Shown here: positions 8,800 through 18,362 of the stretch, one piece after another
Numbering within the stretch: the first letter of the stretch is position 1
Layout of the letters: every line of letters begins with the position of its first letter
Origin: SAR202 cluster bacterium
GTDB taxonomy: Bacteria > Chloroflexota > Dehalococcoidia > Lucifugimonadales > VGZR01
NCBI GenBank assembly: GCA_016872515.1
Contig: VGZR01000002.1
Span: 1,136 to 65,135 of the forward strand
Direction of reading: 5' to 3'
DNA length: 64,000 nt
Position numbers and translations under genes: made by a program
Notes under the pieces: generated by a model
Told to the model about the DNA's origin: nothing
The model's input: the letters and a program-made list of their open reading frames with translations, nothing else
Database searches by the model: none

Positions 8800-10218
8800 T
8801 CAGAGCGGGGGGTGCTTATGGTAGAGGCCCGCTGCCTGTTCGTAGGCGTGGGCGACACGGAAGAGGGTAGCTTCGTCGAACGGTCGGCCGATGAACTGAA
8901 GGCCGATGGGAAGTCCCGATTTCGTAAAGCCGCAGGGCACCGTTATGGCCGGGAGACCGGAGACGGACGGCGCGCTCATGTAGCGGCGGCTGCCTAGGTC
9001 GCGCTTACGGTCCTGATAGTAGCCGCCGGGTTTCCCCGTACCTTCCTCAAGCGTTGGCGCTGGTGAGGATGTGGTTGGAAGCGCTAACACATCAGTCTCC
9101 GAGAGGGCGGTCAGCAGTTCGCTTCGAACCAGACTGCGGGCCCGTTGCGCCCGGATGTAGGCGGTTGCAGGAACCAGCGAGGCTGACTCCAGCCGGACGC
9201 GCGTGCTCCAGTCGTAGTCATCGCCACGGGTGGTCAGCCATTCCCGGTGGTAGGCGGCGGCGTCCACGTCAGCAGTGGCGAGGAAGATAGCGCCGCCCCA
9301 GGGCGAGGTGGGCAACGAGACAGAACGAGTTGAAGTACCGAGCTCTTTCAACACCCTCACGGCCCGCTCGACGGCACATTTCGTTTCGGCCTCCAGTCCC
9401 TCGAAGTCGAACATCTCTCTCGGCAGGCCGAGCCGCACCCCACGGATACCTTTCCTGAGCGCCTCGCGGTAGTCGGGCACCGGCAGCTTGCTGGAGGTTC
9501 GGTCTCGGGGGTCATGCCCTGCGATGGCCTGGAGCATGAGGGCGCAGTCCTCGACCGTCCGTGTCATGGGGCCGATGGTGTCATAGGACCAGCTCATGGG
9601 CACAACGCCGTGACGGGTCACGCGGCTATACGTTGGGCGGATCCCGACGATGCCGCAGAAGGAGGCGGGCCCGCGGATGGAGCCGCCGGTGTCGGAGCCG
9701 AGGGCGGCAGCGCACAGGCCGGCGGCCACGGCGACTGCCGAACCGCTGCTAGAGCCGCCCGTCGCACGGGTCAAGTCCCACGGATTTCTTGGGGTGCCGA
9801 AGGGGTGCTCAATGGTGCCGCCGATGGCGAACTCACTCAGGTTCAGCTTGCCCAGCAGGACGGCTCCGGAGGCGCGTAGCCGTTCGACAAGGGTCGAGTT
9901 TTCGGGAGCGACGTATTCGGCCATCACCCTGGAGCCGGATGTGGTGCGGACGCCCCTGACGTGGATGATGTCCTTGATGGCTAGCGGGACTCCGGCCAGA
10001 AGGCCGACTGCCCCGCCGGAGGCGATGGCGCCCTCGGCCCTGCGGGCGGACGCTAGCGCGCCTTTGCGGTCTATGAGGATATATGCGCCCAGGCGCTCGT
10101 TCAATGCCTCGGCGCGATCGAGGAATGCGCGGGTCACCTCAACGGGGGATGCCTCCCGGCGGCGCATGAGGGCCGCCAGTCCGGCCAGAGACCGGTAGTG
10201 GAGCGGCGTCTCACTCAT
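8800..10218 (-). CDS. amidase-signature (AS) family amidase, GatA/AtzE-like
   Basis: Contains the GGSSSGSAVAVAAG...GSDTGGSIRGPA signature and the KD....G..TT segment. The start is chosen at ATG 10218 (MSETPLHY...), which overlaps the upstream gene stop as ATGAGTGA. Confidence 0.85.
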   Translation of the reverse strand: MSETPLHYRSLAGLAALMRRREASPVEVTRAFLDRAEALNERLGAYILIDRKGALASARRAEGAIASGGAVGLLAGVPLAIKDIIHVRGVRTTSGSRVMAEYVAPENSTLVERLRASGAVLLGKLNLSEFAIGGTIEHPFGTPRNPWDLTRATGGSSSGSAVAVAAGLCAAALGSDTGGSIRGPASFCGIVGIRPTYSRVTRHGVVPMSWSYDTIGPMTRTVEDCALMLQAIAGHDPRDRTSSKLPVPDYREALRKGIRGVRLGLPREMFDFEGLEAETKCAVERAVRVLKELGTSTRSVSLPTSPWGGAIFLATADVDAAAYHREWLTTRGDDYDWSTRVRLESASLVPATAYIRAQRARSLVRSELLTALSETDVLALPTTSSPAPTLEEGTGKPGGYYQDRKRDLGSRRYMSAPSVSGLPAITVPCGFTKSGLPIGLQFIGRPFDEATLFRVAHAYEQAAGLYHKHPPL

Positions 10219-10408
10219 CGGACGAGGGCGGTTCGACGAGAAAGACGGGAAGCGGCTCAACACCAGCCAACCGCTCGTCTGGGATGGCCTCTAACTCCTC
10301 CAAGACAGCGTCGAGGCGGGAGGTGATGGTTTCGGCACGGGCTTTATCGAGATCGAGGCCCACCAAGGCGGCCAGGCGCTTCACTTTGGCCTTCGTCAGC
10401 TTTGACAT
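10211..10408 (-). CDS. truncated GatC-like small protein (AtzG-like partner of the amidase)
   Basis: 65 aa, MSKLTKAKVKRLAALVGLDLDKARAETITSRLDAVLEELEAIPDERLAGVEPLP. This is GatC-like N-terminal helices ending right after the VEP motif. Its stop overlaps the amidase start. Confidence 0.6.
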   Translation of the reverse strand: MSKLTKAKVKRLAALVGLDLDKARAETITSRLDAVLEELEAIPDERLAGVEPLPVFLVEPPSSDE

Positions 10409-10460
10409 GAGGTTGGTCTTCTCTGAAATCCGAGCCGCAATGATACTATAGAGCCTAATC

Positions 10461-11203
10461 ATGCGCGACGCCGTGCCGAAGACCGCTGTGCCTCCTCAGC
10501 CGCACGGGCCACTGGCCCGGATAGGCAGTGCCCTGCTCGACCTCTTCATGCCACTGAAGTGTGTGGGGTGCAGCAAGAGGGGAGCGCACTCTGCGACTTG
10601 TGTGCTTTGGGGCTGCCCCGTCTTCGCGAGCCTTTCTGTGAGGTCTATGCCCGGCCAGGCACCGCTGGAACGTGCTACCCCTGCCTGGCAAACCCGCCAG
10701 ACGTTGATGGCATCCGCGCGCCATTCCTCTACGACGGGGATGCCCAACAGTTGGTTCACCGGTTGAAGTACAACAGCGCTCGAGCATACGCGAGCCGGAT
10801 GGCAGGATTGTTGACTGATTTCTTCGCCGCGAATGATTGGGAGGCCGACCTCATCGTGCCGGTGCCGCTGCGCACACGGCGGGAACGGGCGCGGGGATAC
10901 AACCACTCGGCACTGCGTGCGCAGGGGCTTGGAAGAGCAGCCGGCACTGCTGTAATCGCCGCGGCACTCGTCCGCACCAAGGATACGCCTCCACAGGTCT
11001 CGCTTCGGAAAGCGGAACAGCGGCGACGGAATGTCCGAGGGGTGTTCGAGTGTCGCAGTGACATGGACGGCGCTAACCTGCTGGTCGTGGGCGACGTAGT
11101 CACGACGGGTGCGACGGTGTCCGCGTGCGCTCAGGCACTCAAGCGGGCTGGGACTGGCTCGGTCTGGGGGCTTGGCTTCGCCAGGAACCCCCCGCCAGCT
11201 TAG
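10461..11203 (+). pseudogene. comF: ComF-family phosphoribosyltransferase, reading frame broken by a 1-nt deficit in a G4 run (about 10579-10582)
   Basis: The N-terminal ComF motif ...LLDLFMPLKCVGCSKRG is in one frame (ORF 10461..). The continuation SALCDLCALGLPRLREPFC...RAPFLYDGDAQQLVHRLKY...LLVVGDVVTTGATVSA is in the -1 frame (ORF 10559..11203). One extra G in AGGGGAGC would join them. Confidence 0.7.
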
Positions 11204-11304
11204 GCAGATACACCTGCATCCTTGGCTGGCGTCCCCAAAGGGATGGCGATGCAGTAGAGTATCCCTTATCGATCAACGATTCCAAAAGTAAGGCAAGGTT
11301 TTCT

Positions 11305-12963
11305 ATGGCACGAGACAGGCTACGCATCATCCCACTCGGCGGGCTAGGGGAGATCGGCCGCAACATGATGGCGGTCGAGTACGGGAACGAAATCGTCGTC
11401 ATTGATGCGGGAGTCCTCTTCCCTGACGAGAACATGCCGGGTGTGGACTTCATCATCCCCGACATCACCTACCTGGTCGAGAACAAAGAGAAGGTCAAGG
11501 CCGTCCTCATCACGCACGGCCACGAGGACCACACTGGCGCGCTCCCGTACGTATTGCCGGAACTGGGAGCGCCGCTCTACGCGTCACGGCTGACTCACGG
11601 TCTCATCGCGGTCAAGCTACGCGAGCACGGCCACCTCAAGACCTCCCGGCTCAACGTGGTGGAGCCGCATCAGCCTTTCAAGGTGGGTGGATTCCGCGTT
11701 GAGTTCTTCCGGGTCTGCCACTCGATACCTGACGCCATGGGCATCGCCCTCACGACGCCCCTAGGCACCATCATCCACACCGGTGACTTCAAGATAGACC
11801 ACACGCCTGTTGATGGGCAGCCAACCGACTTTCTCAAGTTGGCGGAACTGGCCTCCCGCGGGGTGTTGCTCCTATGCTCCGACTCGACCTACGCGGAAGT
11901 CGAGGGCTACACTCTCTCCGAACGTGTGGTCGGCGAGGCTCTAGACCACTTCATTGCGCAAGCAGAAGGAAGGGTGATGGTCGCGACCTTCGCTTCGCTC
12001 ATATCACGGATGCAGCAGGTGATAGACGCCGCGGTGAAGTATGGGCGGAAGGTCGCGGTTGTGGGCCGGAGCATGAGCAACAACCTGAACATGGCCATCA
12101 ATATGGGTTACCTGGACGTGCCTCCTGACACCATCGTGAGCCTCAATGAAGCAACACGACTCCCTCGTAACCAGGTCGTCATCTTGGCGACGGGGAGCCA
12201 AGGCGAGCCGACGTCCGCGCTGGTCCGCATCGCCAACGGCGAGCACCAGGATGTCGAGATAGAACAGGGAGATCTCGTGGTCATTTCGGCTTCGCCAATC
12301 CCGGGCAACGAGACGGTGGTGTCCAAGACGATCGACAACTTGTACCGGCGCGGCGCGAAGGTTCTTTATAGCCGCATCGGGCTCGTCCACGTGCATGGAC
12401 ACGGCTCCCGCGAGGAGTTGAAGTTGATGCTGAACCTCGTACGCCCGAAGTTCTTTGTGCCGGTCCATGGAGAGCACAGACACCTGGTAACTCACGCGGC
12501 CCTAGCACAAGAGGTGGGCGTGCCGCCGGAAAATACCTTCGTACTGGATGATGGAGACGTTTTGGAGTTGACTGAGGAAGAGGGACGGGTGGTCGGGCAA
12601 GTCCCCGCCGAATACATGTACGTGGACGGGCAGCGTGTTTGGGCGAAGGGCGGCCAGGTCCTTGACGAGCGGACCAAGTTATCGAGGGATGGAGTGGTAG
12701 TGGTTTCGGCAGTGCTCGACCGTGAGACCGGTGAGGCCCTCAAGAGCCCGAAGGTTGCATCTTCGGGGTTCGTCGGACGCGGAGAAACACAGGAGCTTTT
12801 CGAAAAAGTTTCAGAAATGGTACAGACTCTGCTAGACCAGCGCGGAAAGCGTGCTCTAGAGTTGGACAAGGTGAAGGCCGAAGTGAACTCCGCTGTGTCC
12901 GACCTCCTTTACAAGGAGACGCGCCGGAGGCCGACGGTCTTGACCTTGCTCGATAGGGTTTAG
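11305..12963 (+). CDS. rnj: ribonuclease J (beta-CASP metallo-beta-lactamase RNase)
   Basis: Contains LRIIPLGGLGEIGRNMMAVEY, ITHGHEDHTGALPYVL and HVHGHGSREEL. The start is set at ATG 11305 (MARDRLRIIPLGG), not at the upstream ATG 11125 of the raw ORF. Confidence 0.9.
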   Translation: MARDRLRIIPLGGLGEIGRNMMAVEYGNEIVVIDAGVLFPDENMPGVDFIIPDITYLVENKEKVKAVLITHGHEDHTGALPYVLPELGAPLYASRLTHGLIAVKLREHGHLKTSRLNVVEPHQPFKVGGFRVEFFRVCHSIPDAMGIALTTPLGTIIHTGDFKIDHTPVDGQPTDFLKLAELASRGVLLLCSDSTYAEVEGYTLSERVVGEALDHFIAQAEGRVMVATFASLISRMQQVIDAAVKYGRKVAVVGRSMSNNLNMAINMGYLDVPPDTIVSLNEATRLPRNQVVILATGSQGEPTSALVRIANGEHQDVEIEQGDLVVISASPIPGNETVVSKTIDNLYRRGAKVLYSRIGLVHVHGHGSREELKLMLNLVRPKFFVPVHGEHRHLVTHAALAQEVGVPPENTFVLDDGDVLELTEEEGRVVGQVPAEYMYVDGQRVWAKGGQVLDERTKLSRDGVVVVSAVLDRETGEALKSPKVASSGFVGRGETQELFEKVSEMVQTLLDQRGKRALELDKVKAEVNSAVSDLLYKETRRRPTVLTLLDRV

Positions 12964-13032
12964 ACACCGCCACTGCCTATAGTCGGCTCAATGGGTCCAT
13001 CGAGGGCAGTGGTGTAGATACGGAGTCTGGCT

Positions 13033-15579
13033 ATGCTTGGGTCCAGCGCAGTTGCGGGTGTGGCGCAGGGCCTGGACGGCCTGCGCATGAGGTTTCCCTG
13101 GCTGACGCGGCCGCGGATGCTGGCTATCGCCGCAGGCGTTCTGCTGTTCCTGGCCCTGATCGGGTATTGGCAGCGCGATGCCATCGCGGGCGCATTCATG
13201 GCGGCGAAGAACGGGTTGGTGGGTACCCTGGGGCTGGGACTACTTCCGATCACCGGCTGGCTAGCTGCCTTCGGTTTCGTTGCCTGGAAGCGCCGCGACC
13301 TGTTCGCTTACTACAGGGCCTGGCTGGCAAGCGTTGGCGCACTTGCCTTCCTCCTCGGCCTGATGGGCTTTTTCTATCCGACTGATGGGTTTCTGGGTGC
13401 CTTCTCGCTCGGGGGCGAGGTCTCTTTGGGCGGCAAAGCAGGTGAGGCCATCGTAGGACACAACGTCTGGCTCGGCCCTTTCAGGTTGCTGGGCGTACTG
13501 CTCGTCACTATTTGGACCGCCTTCCCATACCAAGCCACGGACATCGCCCTTCGCGCCAGCATAGCCACAGGCAAAGGCGCCATGGCGGCGTACGCGTTCG
13601 TGGTCGTCGCAGCCACAGCGGCGGCAGCCCGAGTCGGACTGGGTCGCGGCCCTAAGCCGGAGCCACGCACCCTCTCAGTGGACAACCAGGATGAAGAGAA
13701 CAGTGGGCTCGACGACCCTGATTCGGCGACCTTGGAGCGGTGGTCCCATGAGGTCCAGACAAGACAGGGCGTAACGACGGCCCAGGTGAAGGCGGACGAG
13801 GCCACAAGCCTGACGGAGGCCAAGTCAACCCTCGCTACAGCGCAGCACGCTCCAAAAGCCGCCGCAGCGCAACCTCCCGTGAAATTCAACAAGTATTGGA
13901 CGCCTTCTGGCGCAACCCCGCAGCAGGCCATTATGCCAGCGGCGCCTGGTATTGCCGTTGCAAAGGAAGGCGCTAGCGAGCAGTCCTCTCCCGAGTCCAG
14001 AGAGCTCCAGGCGCTTATGGCAAAGAAAACCCTGGACGGCCCCAAGGCGACGGGCGTTCCCTTGACCGACAACATGGCCCATAAATGGCAGCGCCCACCG
14101 CGCGACATCCTCCAAGACGCTGAAGCCAGTGGCATCAGCGAGAAGGAGATGGAAAACACGGCGGAGACTATCCGCACCACCCTTTCCGACTACGGCGTGG
14201 AGGTGGAAATCGGGCAGATCCGTCCAGGCCCCGCGGTCACGATGTACGGGCTGAACCCCGGCTGGGTGCGCAAGTACAAGCAGGGCATGGCCCAAGATAA
14301 GGAGGGCCGCCCCATCCTCGATAAGTTCGGCAAGCCTATCAAGGAGCGCGTCGAGACCAAGATGCGTGTGAGGGTGGATAGCATCCTGGCACGGGAGAAG
14401 GACCTGTCCCTCGCACTCAAGACGCCTTCCATACGCATCGAGACCCCTGTTATGGGGAAGTCGCTGGTCGGCATCGAGGTGCCGAACCCGCGGCCGGACC
14501 TAGTGACCCTCCGAGGCATGATGGACAGCGACGACTTCCGCAAGCTACGACAGAAGGCACCGCTCTCTATCGCCTTGGGAAAGGGTAGCGGTGGCGAGAA
14601 CGTGGTGGCTGATCTATCCAAGATGCCCCACCTGCTTGTCGCGGGCGCTACAGGTAGCGGTAAGAGCGTGTGCCTCAACACCATCGTCTGCACCCTCACC
14701 ATGGAAAGGTCGCCCGCCGAGGTGCGTCTGCTGCTAATAGACCCCAAACGCGTGGAACTGACCCAGTACAACGGCATCCCACACCTGCTGACGCCTGTGG
14801 TGGTGGAGTCTGACGAGGTAGTCGGCCTCCTCAAGGGCATGATTCGCGAGATGCTGAACCGCTATAAGGCGTTCGAGACCGGCGGCGTACGCAATATCGA
14901 CTCGTATAACAAGAAGATGACGGCGAAGATGCCCTACCTAGTAATCATCGTGGATGAGTTGGCCGACCTGATGATGACAGCGGCGTTCGACGTGGAGCAC
15001 TCTCTATGCCGGCTGGCGCAGCTAGGCCGCGCCACAGGCATCCACCTCGTGGTGGCCACGCAGCGGCCGTCAGTGGACGTGGTAACAGGCCTAATCAAGG
15101 CCAACTTCCCCAGCCGCATCAGCTTCGGCGTGACGTCCCAGATAGACTCGCGTACCATCCTGGACTCGGTCGGAGCCGAGAAGTTGCTTGGCCGCGGCGA
15201 CATGCTCTACATGCCTCTAGACGCCTCCCGGCCCAACCGCCTTCAGGGTGCATACGTGTCCGACACAGAGATACAGGACCTTGTCGCCTTCTGGAAGAAC
15301 CTCCAGTGGCCGCCGCTTCCAAAGCTTGACCTCTCTCTGCCTATCGAGGAAGAGATGAGCGAGGACGGAGAAGGGAACGACGAGGATCTCAGCGACGATA
15401 TGCTGGACAAGGCCATCGAGATGGCCCGGCAGCAAAAGAAGATATCTACTTCGCTGTTGCAACGGCGGCTCCGCATCGGCTATCCGCGGGCTGCACGGTT
15501 GATGGACGAGTTGGAGGACAAGGGCATCGTCGGGCCCAGCGACGGCTCCAAGTCCCGCGACGTCATCCTCAGCGGGTAG
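13033..15579 (+). CDS. ftsK: DNA translocase FtsK/SpoIIIE
   Basis: Has N-terminal TM helices, a low-complexity linker, Walker A VAGATGSGKSV, Walker B LVIIVDELADLM, and a C-terminal gamma winged helix ISTSLLQRRLRIGYPRAARLMDELEDKGIVGP. Confidence 0.9.
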   Translation: MLGSSAVAGVAQGLDGLRMRFPWLTRPRMLAIAAGVLLFLALIGYWQRDAIAGAFMAAKNGLVGTLGLGLLPITGWLAAFGFVAWKRRDLFAYYRAWLASVGALAFLLGLMGFFYPTDGFLGAFSLGGEVSLGGKAGEAIVGHNVWLGPFRLLGVLLVTIWTAFPYQATDIALRASIATGKGAMAAYAFVVVAATAAAARVGLGRGPKPEPRTLSVDNQDEENSGLDDPDSATLERWSHEVQTRQGVTTAQVKADEATSLTEAKSTLATAQHAPKAAAAQPPVKFNKYWTPSGATPQQAIMPAAPGIAVAKEGASEQSSPESRELQALMAKKTLDGPKATGVPLTDNMAHKWQRPPRDILQDAEASGISEKEMENTAETIRTTLSDYGVEVEIGQIRPGPAVTMYGLNPGWVRKYKQGMAQDKEGRPILDKFGKPIKERVETKMRVRVDSILAREKDLSLALKTPSIRIETPVMGKSLVGIEVPNPRPDLVTLRGMMDSDDFRKLRQKAPLSIALGKGSGGENVVADLSKMPHLLVAGATGSGKSVCLNTIVCTLTMERSPAEVRLLLIDPKRVELTQYNGIPHLLTPVVVESDEVVGLLKGMIREMLNRYKAFETGGVRNIDSYNKKMTAKMPYLVIIVDELADLMMTAAFDVEHSLCRLAQLGRATGIHLVVATQRPSVDVVTGLIKANFPSRISFGVTSQIDSRTILDSVGAEKLLGRGDMLYMPLDASRPNRLQGAYVSDTEIQDLVAFWKNLQWPPLPKLDLSLPIEEEMSEDGEGNDEDLSDDMLDKAIEMARQQKKISTSLLQRRLRIGYPRAARLMDELEDKGIVGPSDGSKSRDVILSG

Positions 15580-15585
15580 CGCCTC

Positions 15586-17166
15586 CTAGTCGCGGCCGCG
15601 CTTCAGGGCCCTCCCCGCCATCACGCCCGTATGCTTGCCATGGTCTAGCACCACCTGGCCGTTGATGATGACGTAGTCCACACCTGTCGGGAGCTGCTTC
15701 GGGTCACGCCGCGTCGTGGGGGCGCTGATGTTCTCATAGTCGAAGACCACGATGTCGGCCTTCATCCCGTCGCGCAGGACGCCACGGTACTTCAACCCCA
15801 GCCGCTGAGCGGGATAGGACGTCATCTTGCGGATGGCCTCGGGCAGGGTGAGCTTGCGCTCCTCACGGACATACTTCGCGATGATTACGGGGAACGTGCC
15901 ATAGGTCATCGAAGGGGGAAAGTCGCCTAGGAGCAGGGCATCGCTGGCCACCATCTGCAATGGATGCACCACGTACTCCGGCAGGACCTCGGGGTCAATG
16001 GACTCGCCCTGGTAGGACACCTGGAGGTCTTCATCTAGCAGCAGGTCGCAGATGAAATCAACAGGGTCCTTCTCAGTCATCTCGGCGGCCTCGGCCACGG
16101 ACTTCCCCTCGAACCGCTGGTTGTGCGCCTTCTTGAAGTAGGTCAGGTACACGATACTCCAGCCACCTCTGCCAAAGGACGGCTTTACTTCTTTGCGCAG
16201 CCGCTCGCGCGCCTCGGGAGACTTCAGCGACTCGATGATCTTTCGCGGCCCGCCGTCGTGGGTCCAAGGCGGAAGGTAGTAGATGAGCCGGGTGCCGCCA
16301 TGGGAGTAGGGGAAACAGTCGAAGGTGATGTCCATCCCGTCGTCCCTGGCGCCCTCGACCAACTCGAATACCAGTTTGGAGCCGCGGTACTTCCCGTGAC
16401 CGCCGGGTAGCAGGTGCGTGACGTGGATAGGGATGCCGCTCCTACGGCCAATCTCGATAGCCTCCCTGTAGGGGTCGAGGTAGCCATCGCCGAGGGGGTA
16501 GCGGACGTGGGTGTGATAGAACCCGCCAAGCTTGGCGCCCTCCTTGGAAAGTTCTACTAGCTCTTCTGTGTCGGCGTAGCTGCCCGGCGGGTAGTCCAGG
16601 CCAGTGGACATACCGAAGGCTCCCTCTTCCATGCTCTCCCGAAGAAGCCCTTTCATCCTGTCCATCTCGCGCCCGGTGGACTTGCGGTTGTTCCAGCCGA
16701 CGGAGCCGATGCGAAGCGGGGAGTTGCCCACGATGTAGGCGATGTTTACGGATACTCTTGCGTCGTACACCGCCAGGTAGTCCGACACACTGGACCACGT
16801 GGCTTTGATGGGGGGTGTCCCCTCCAGGCCGGAGTTGAGCTGGATGAAGTCCTGGAGGTCGGTCGGCTTGGCAAACGGGGCATAGGAGTTGCCGTCTATG
16901 CCGATGAGCTCGGTGGTCACGCCTTGGTGGACCTTGGGTAGGTGCTTAGGGTCGTGAAGAATCATCAGGGCCGAGTGGGCGTGGAGGTCTATGAAGCCGG
17001 GACAAACGATACGGCCTGCGGCGTCTACGACACGTTTGGCCTTCACACCAGAGACGTCACCCCGGAGGATGCGAATGGTGTCGCTTTCTATGGCTACGGC
17101 GGCGTGGAACCATGGACTTCCCGTACCGTCCACCACCATACCGCCCTTGATCAGCATGTCCAGCAT
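15586..17166 (-). CDS. D-aminoacylase-family amidohydrolase (N-acyl-D-amino-acid deacylase-like), copy 1
   Basis: 526 aa with N-terminal MLDMLIKGGMVVDGTG...PGFIDLHAHS metal-binding motif. It shares long identical runs with the copy at 37232..38800. Confidence 0.8.
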   Translation of the reverse strand: MLDMLIKGGMVVDGTGSPWFHAAVAIESDTIRILRGDVSGVKAKRVVDAAGRIVCPGFIDLHAHSALMILHDPKHLPKVHQGVTTELIGIDGNSYAPFAKPTDLQDFIQLNSGLEGTPPIKATWSSVSDYLAVYDARVSVNIAYIVGNSPLRIGSVGWNNRKSTGREMDRMKGLLRESMEEGAFGMSTGLDYPPGSYADTEELVELSKEGAKLGGFYHTHVRYPLGDGYLDPYREAIEIGRRSGIPIHVTHLLPGGHGKYRGSKLVFELVEGARDDGMDITFDCFPYSHGGTRLIYYLPPWTHDGGPRKIIESLKSPEARERLRKEVKPSFGRGGWSIVYLTYFKKAHNQRFEGKSVAEAAEMTEKDPVDFICDLLLDEDLQVSYQGESIDPEVLPEYVVHPLQMVASDALLLGDFPPSMTYGTFPVIIAKYVREERKLTLPEAIRKMTSYPAQRLGLKYRGVLRDGMKADIVVFDYENISAPTTRRDPKQLPTGVDYVIINGQVVLDHGKHTGVMAGRALKRGRD

Positions 17167-17322
17167 CGTCGCCCTCCGTTGACGGGGCGTTCCCCGACTT
17201 GGGCGAGAGGCTACATCGGCGGGTACGGGCTGTCAAACGGGCGGAATCGCGCTCTGAAGGGAGGCTACAGGCGGTCTTTGCATTCTGTGGAAACTTAGTC
17301 GACACGCCAAGCCTGGGGTTTA

Positions 17323-17625
17323 CTAGCTAGGTGGGGTCTTCCATGCGCACCATGCACGAACGACTGCTTCCAGGTCGGCCTTCTGCGTCTGTACGTCCTT
17401 CACGCTCACAAACTTCATGTACCTCGCGGTATCAGCGCCACCTTCCAACTTGGGGTGTTTGCCAGGGATGTGTGCGCCGGTATGCAACAGCAGGCTTACG
17501 TGTGCCTTGCTCCGCGGGTTGAAGCTAGCCAGGTTGCCGTTGAAGGTGAAGGTGGGAGTTTTCCACTTGATACACTCTTCCATGCGGCGGTCTGCGTTCA
17601 GGATAACCTCTCGGACACGGAGCAT
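17323..17625 (-). CDS. DUF1801 (YdhG-like) domain protein; true N-terminus probably upstream of the first ATG
   Basis: ECIKWKTPTFTFNGNLASF is typical of DUF1801. The family-like sequence AEVDAWFAAFDHPLKDA continues in frame upstream of ATG 17625, up to the leuD stop codon, with no ATG/GTG/TTG in between. Confidence 0.6.
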   Translation of the reverse strand: MLRVREVILNADRRMEECIKWKTPTFTFNGNLASFNPRSKAHVSLLLHTGAHIPGKHPKLEGGADTARYMKFVSVKDVQTQKADLEAVVRAWCAWKTPPS

Positions 17626-17700
17626 GGCATCCTTGAGCGGATGGTCGAATGCAGCGAACCAGGCGTCTACTTCAGCGCTCTTGCCGATGAGTAATCGGCC

Positions 17701-18333
17701 TTATCGCGAGGACTTACCGGGCTGTGTGAGGACTCCGCCGTGAAGGTTGCGGCGCTTCTCGAAGGCGGTGATGTCCGCCTCCTGCATCAGCGTCAGGCCG
17801 ATGTCGTCCAGGCCGTGGAGCAGCGACTGACGGCGGAACTCATCCAGGTCGAAGGTGGCGACGACATCCTCATCGTCGTCCCACACCCGTTTCGCTTCCA
17901 GGTCAACGGTGAGCCGATAGCCGGTCCGGGCCTGGGCGTTGGCGGTGATGCGCTTGACCGTCTCCTCCGGCAGCACCACGGGCAGGATGCCGTTCTGGAA
18001 GCAGTTGTTGTAGAAGATGTCGGCGAAGTTGGGTGCGATGACACACCGGAAGCCGTAGTCCAGCAGCGCCCACGGGGCGTGCTCCCGGGAGGAGCCGGAG
18101 CCGAAGTTGCGGCCTGCGACGAGGATGCTGGCGCCCTTGTAGCCGGGCTTGTTCAGCTCGAAGTCGGGGTTGGGCTTCCCGTCGGGGAGGAAACGCCAGT
18201 CGAAGAACAGGTACTGCCCGAAGCCGGTGCGCTCGATGCGCTTGAGGAACTGCTTCGGGATGATCTGGTCCGTGTCCACATTAATGCGGTCCATCGGCGC
18301 GACGAGGCCGGTGAGCTTGGTGAATGGATTCAT
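17701..18333 (-). CDS. leuD: 3-isopropylmalate dehydratase small subunit
   Basis: [39 protein letters not shown]...[17 protein letters not shown] is a canonical LeuD sequence. Confidence 0.9.
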   Translation of the reverse strand: MNPFTKLTGLVAPMDRINVDTDQIIPKQFLKRIERTGFGQYLFFDWRFLPDGKPNPDFELNKPGYKGASILVAGRNFGSGSSREHAPWALLDYGFRCVIAPNFADIFYNNCFQNGILPVVLPEETVKRITANAQARTGYRLTVDLEAKRVWDDDEDVVATFDLDEFRRQSLLHGLDDIGLTLMQEADITAFEKRRNLHGGVLTQPGKSSR

Positions 18334-18362
18334 TGCCCTTCTGTCCTGTTACGAGTGAAGTC

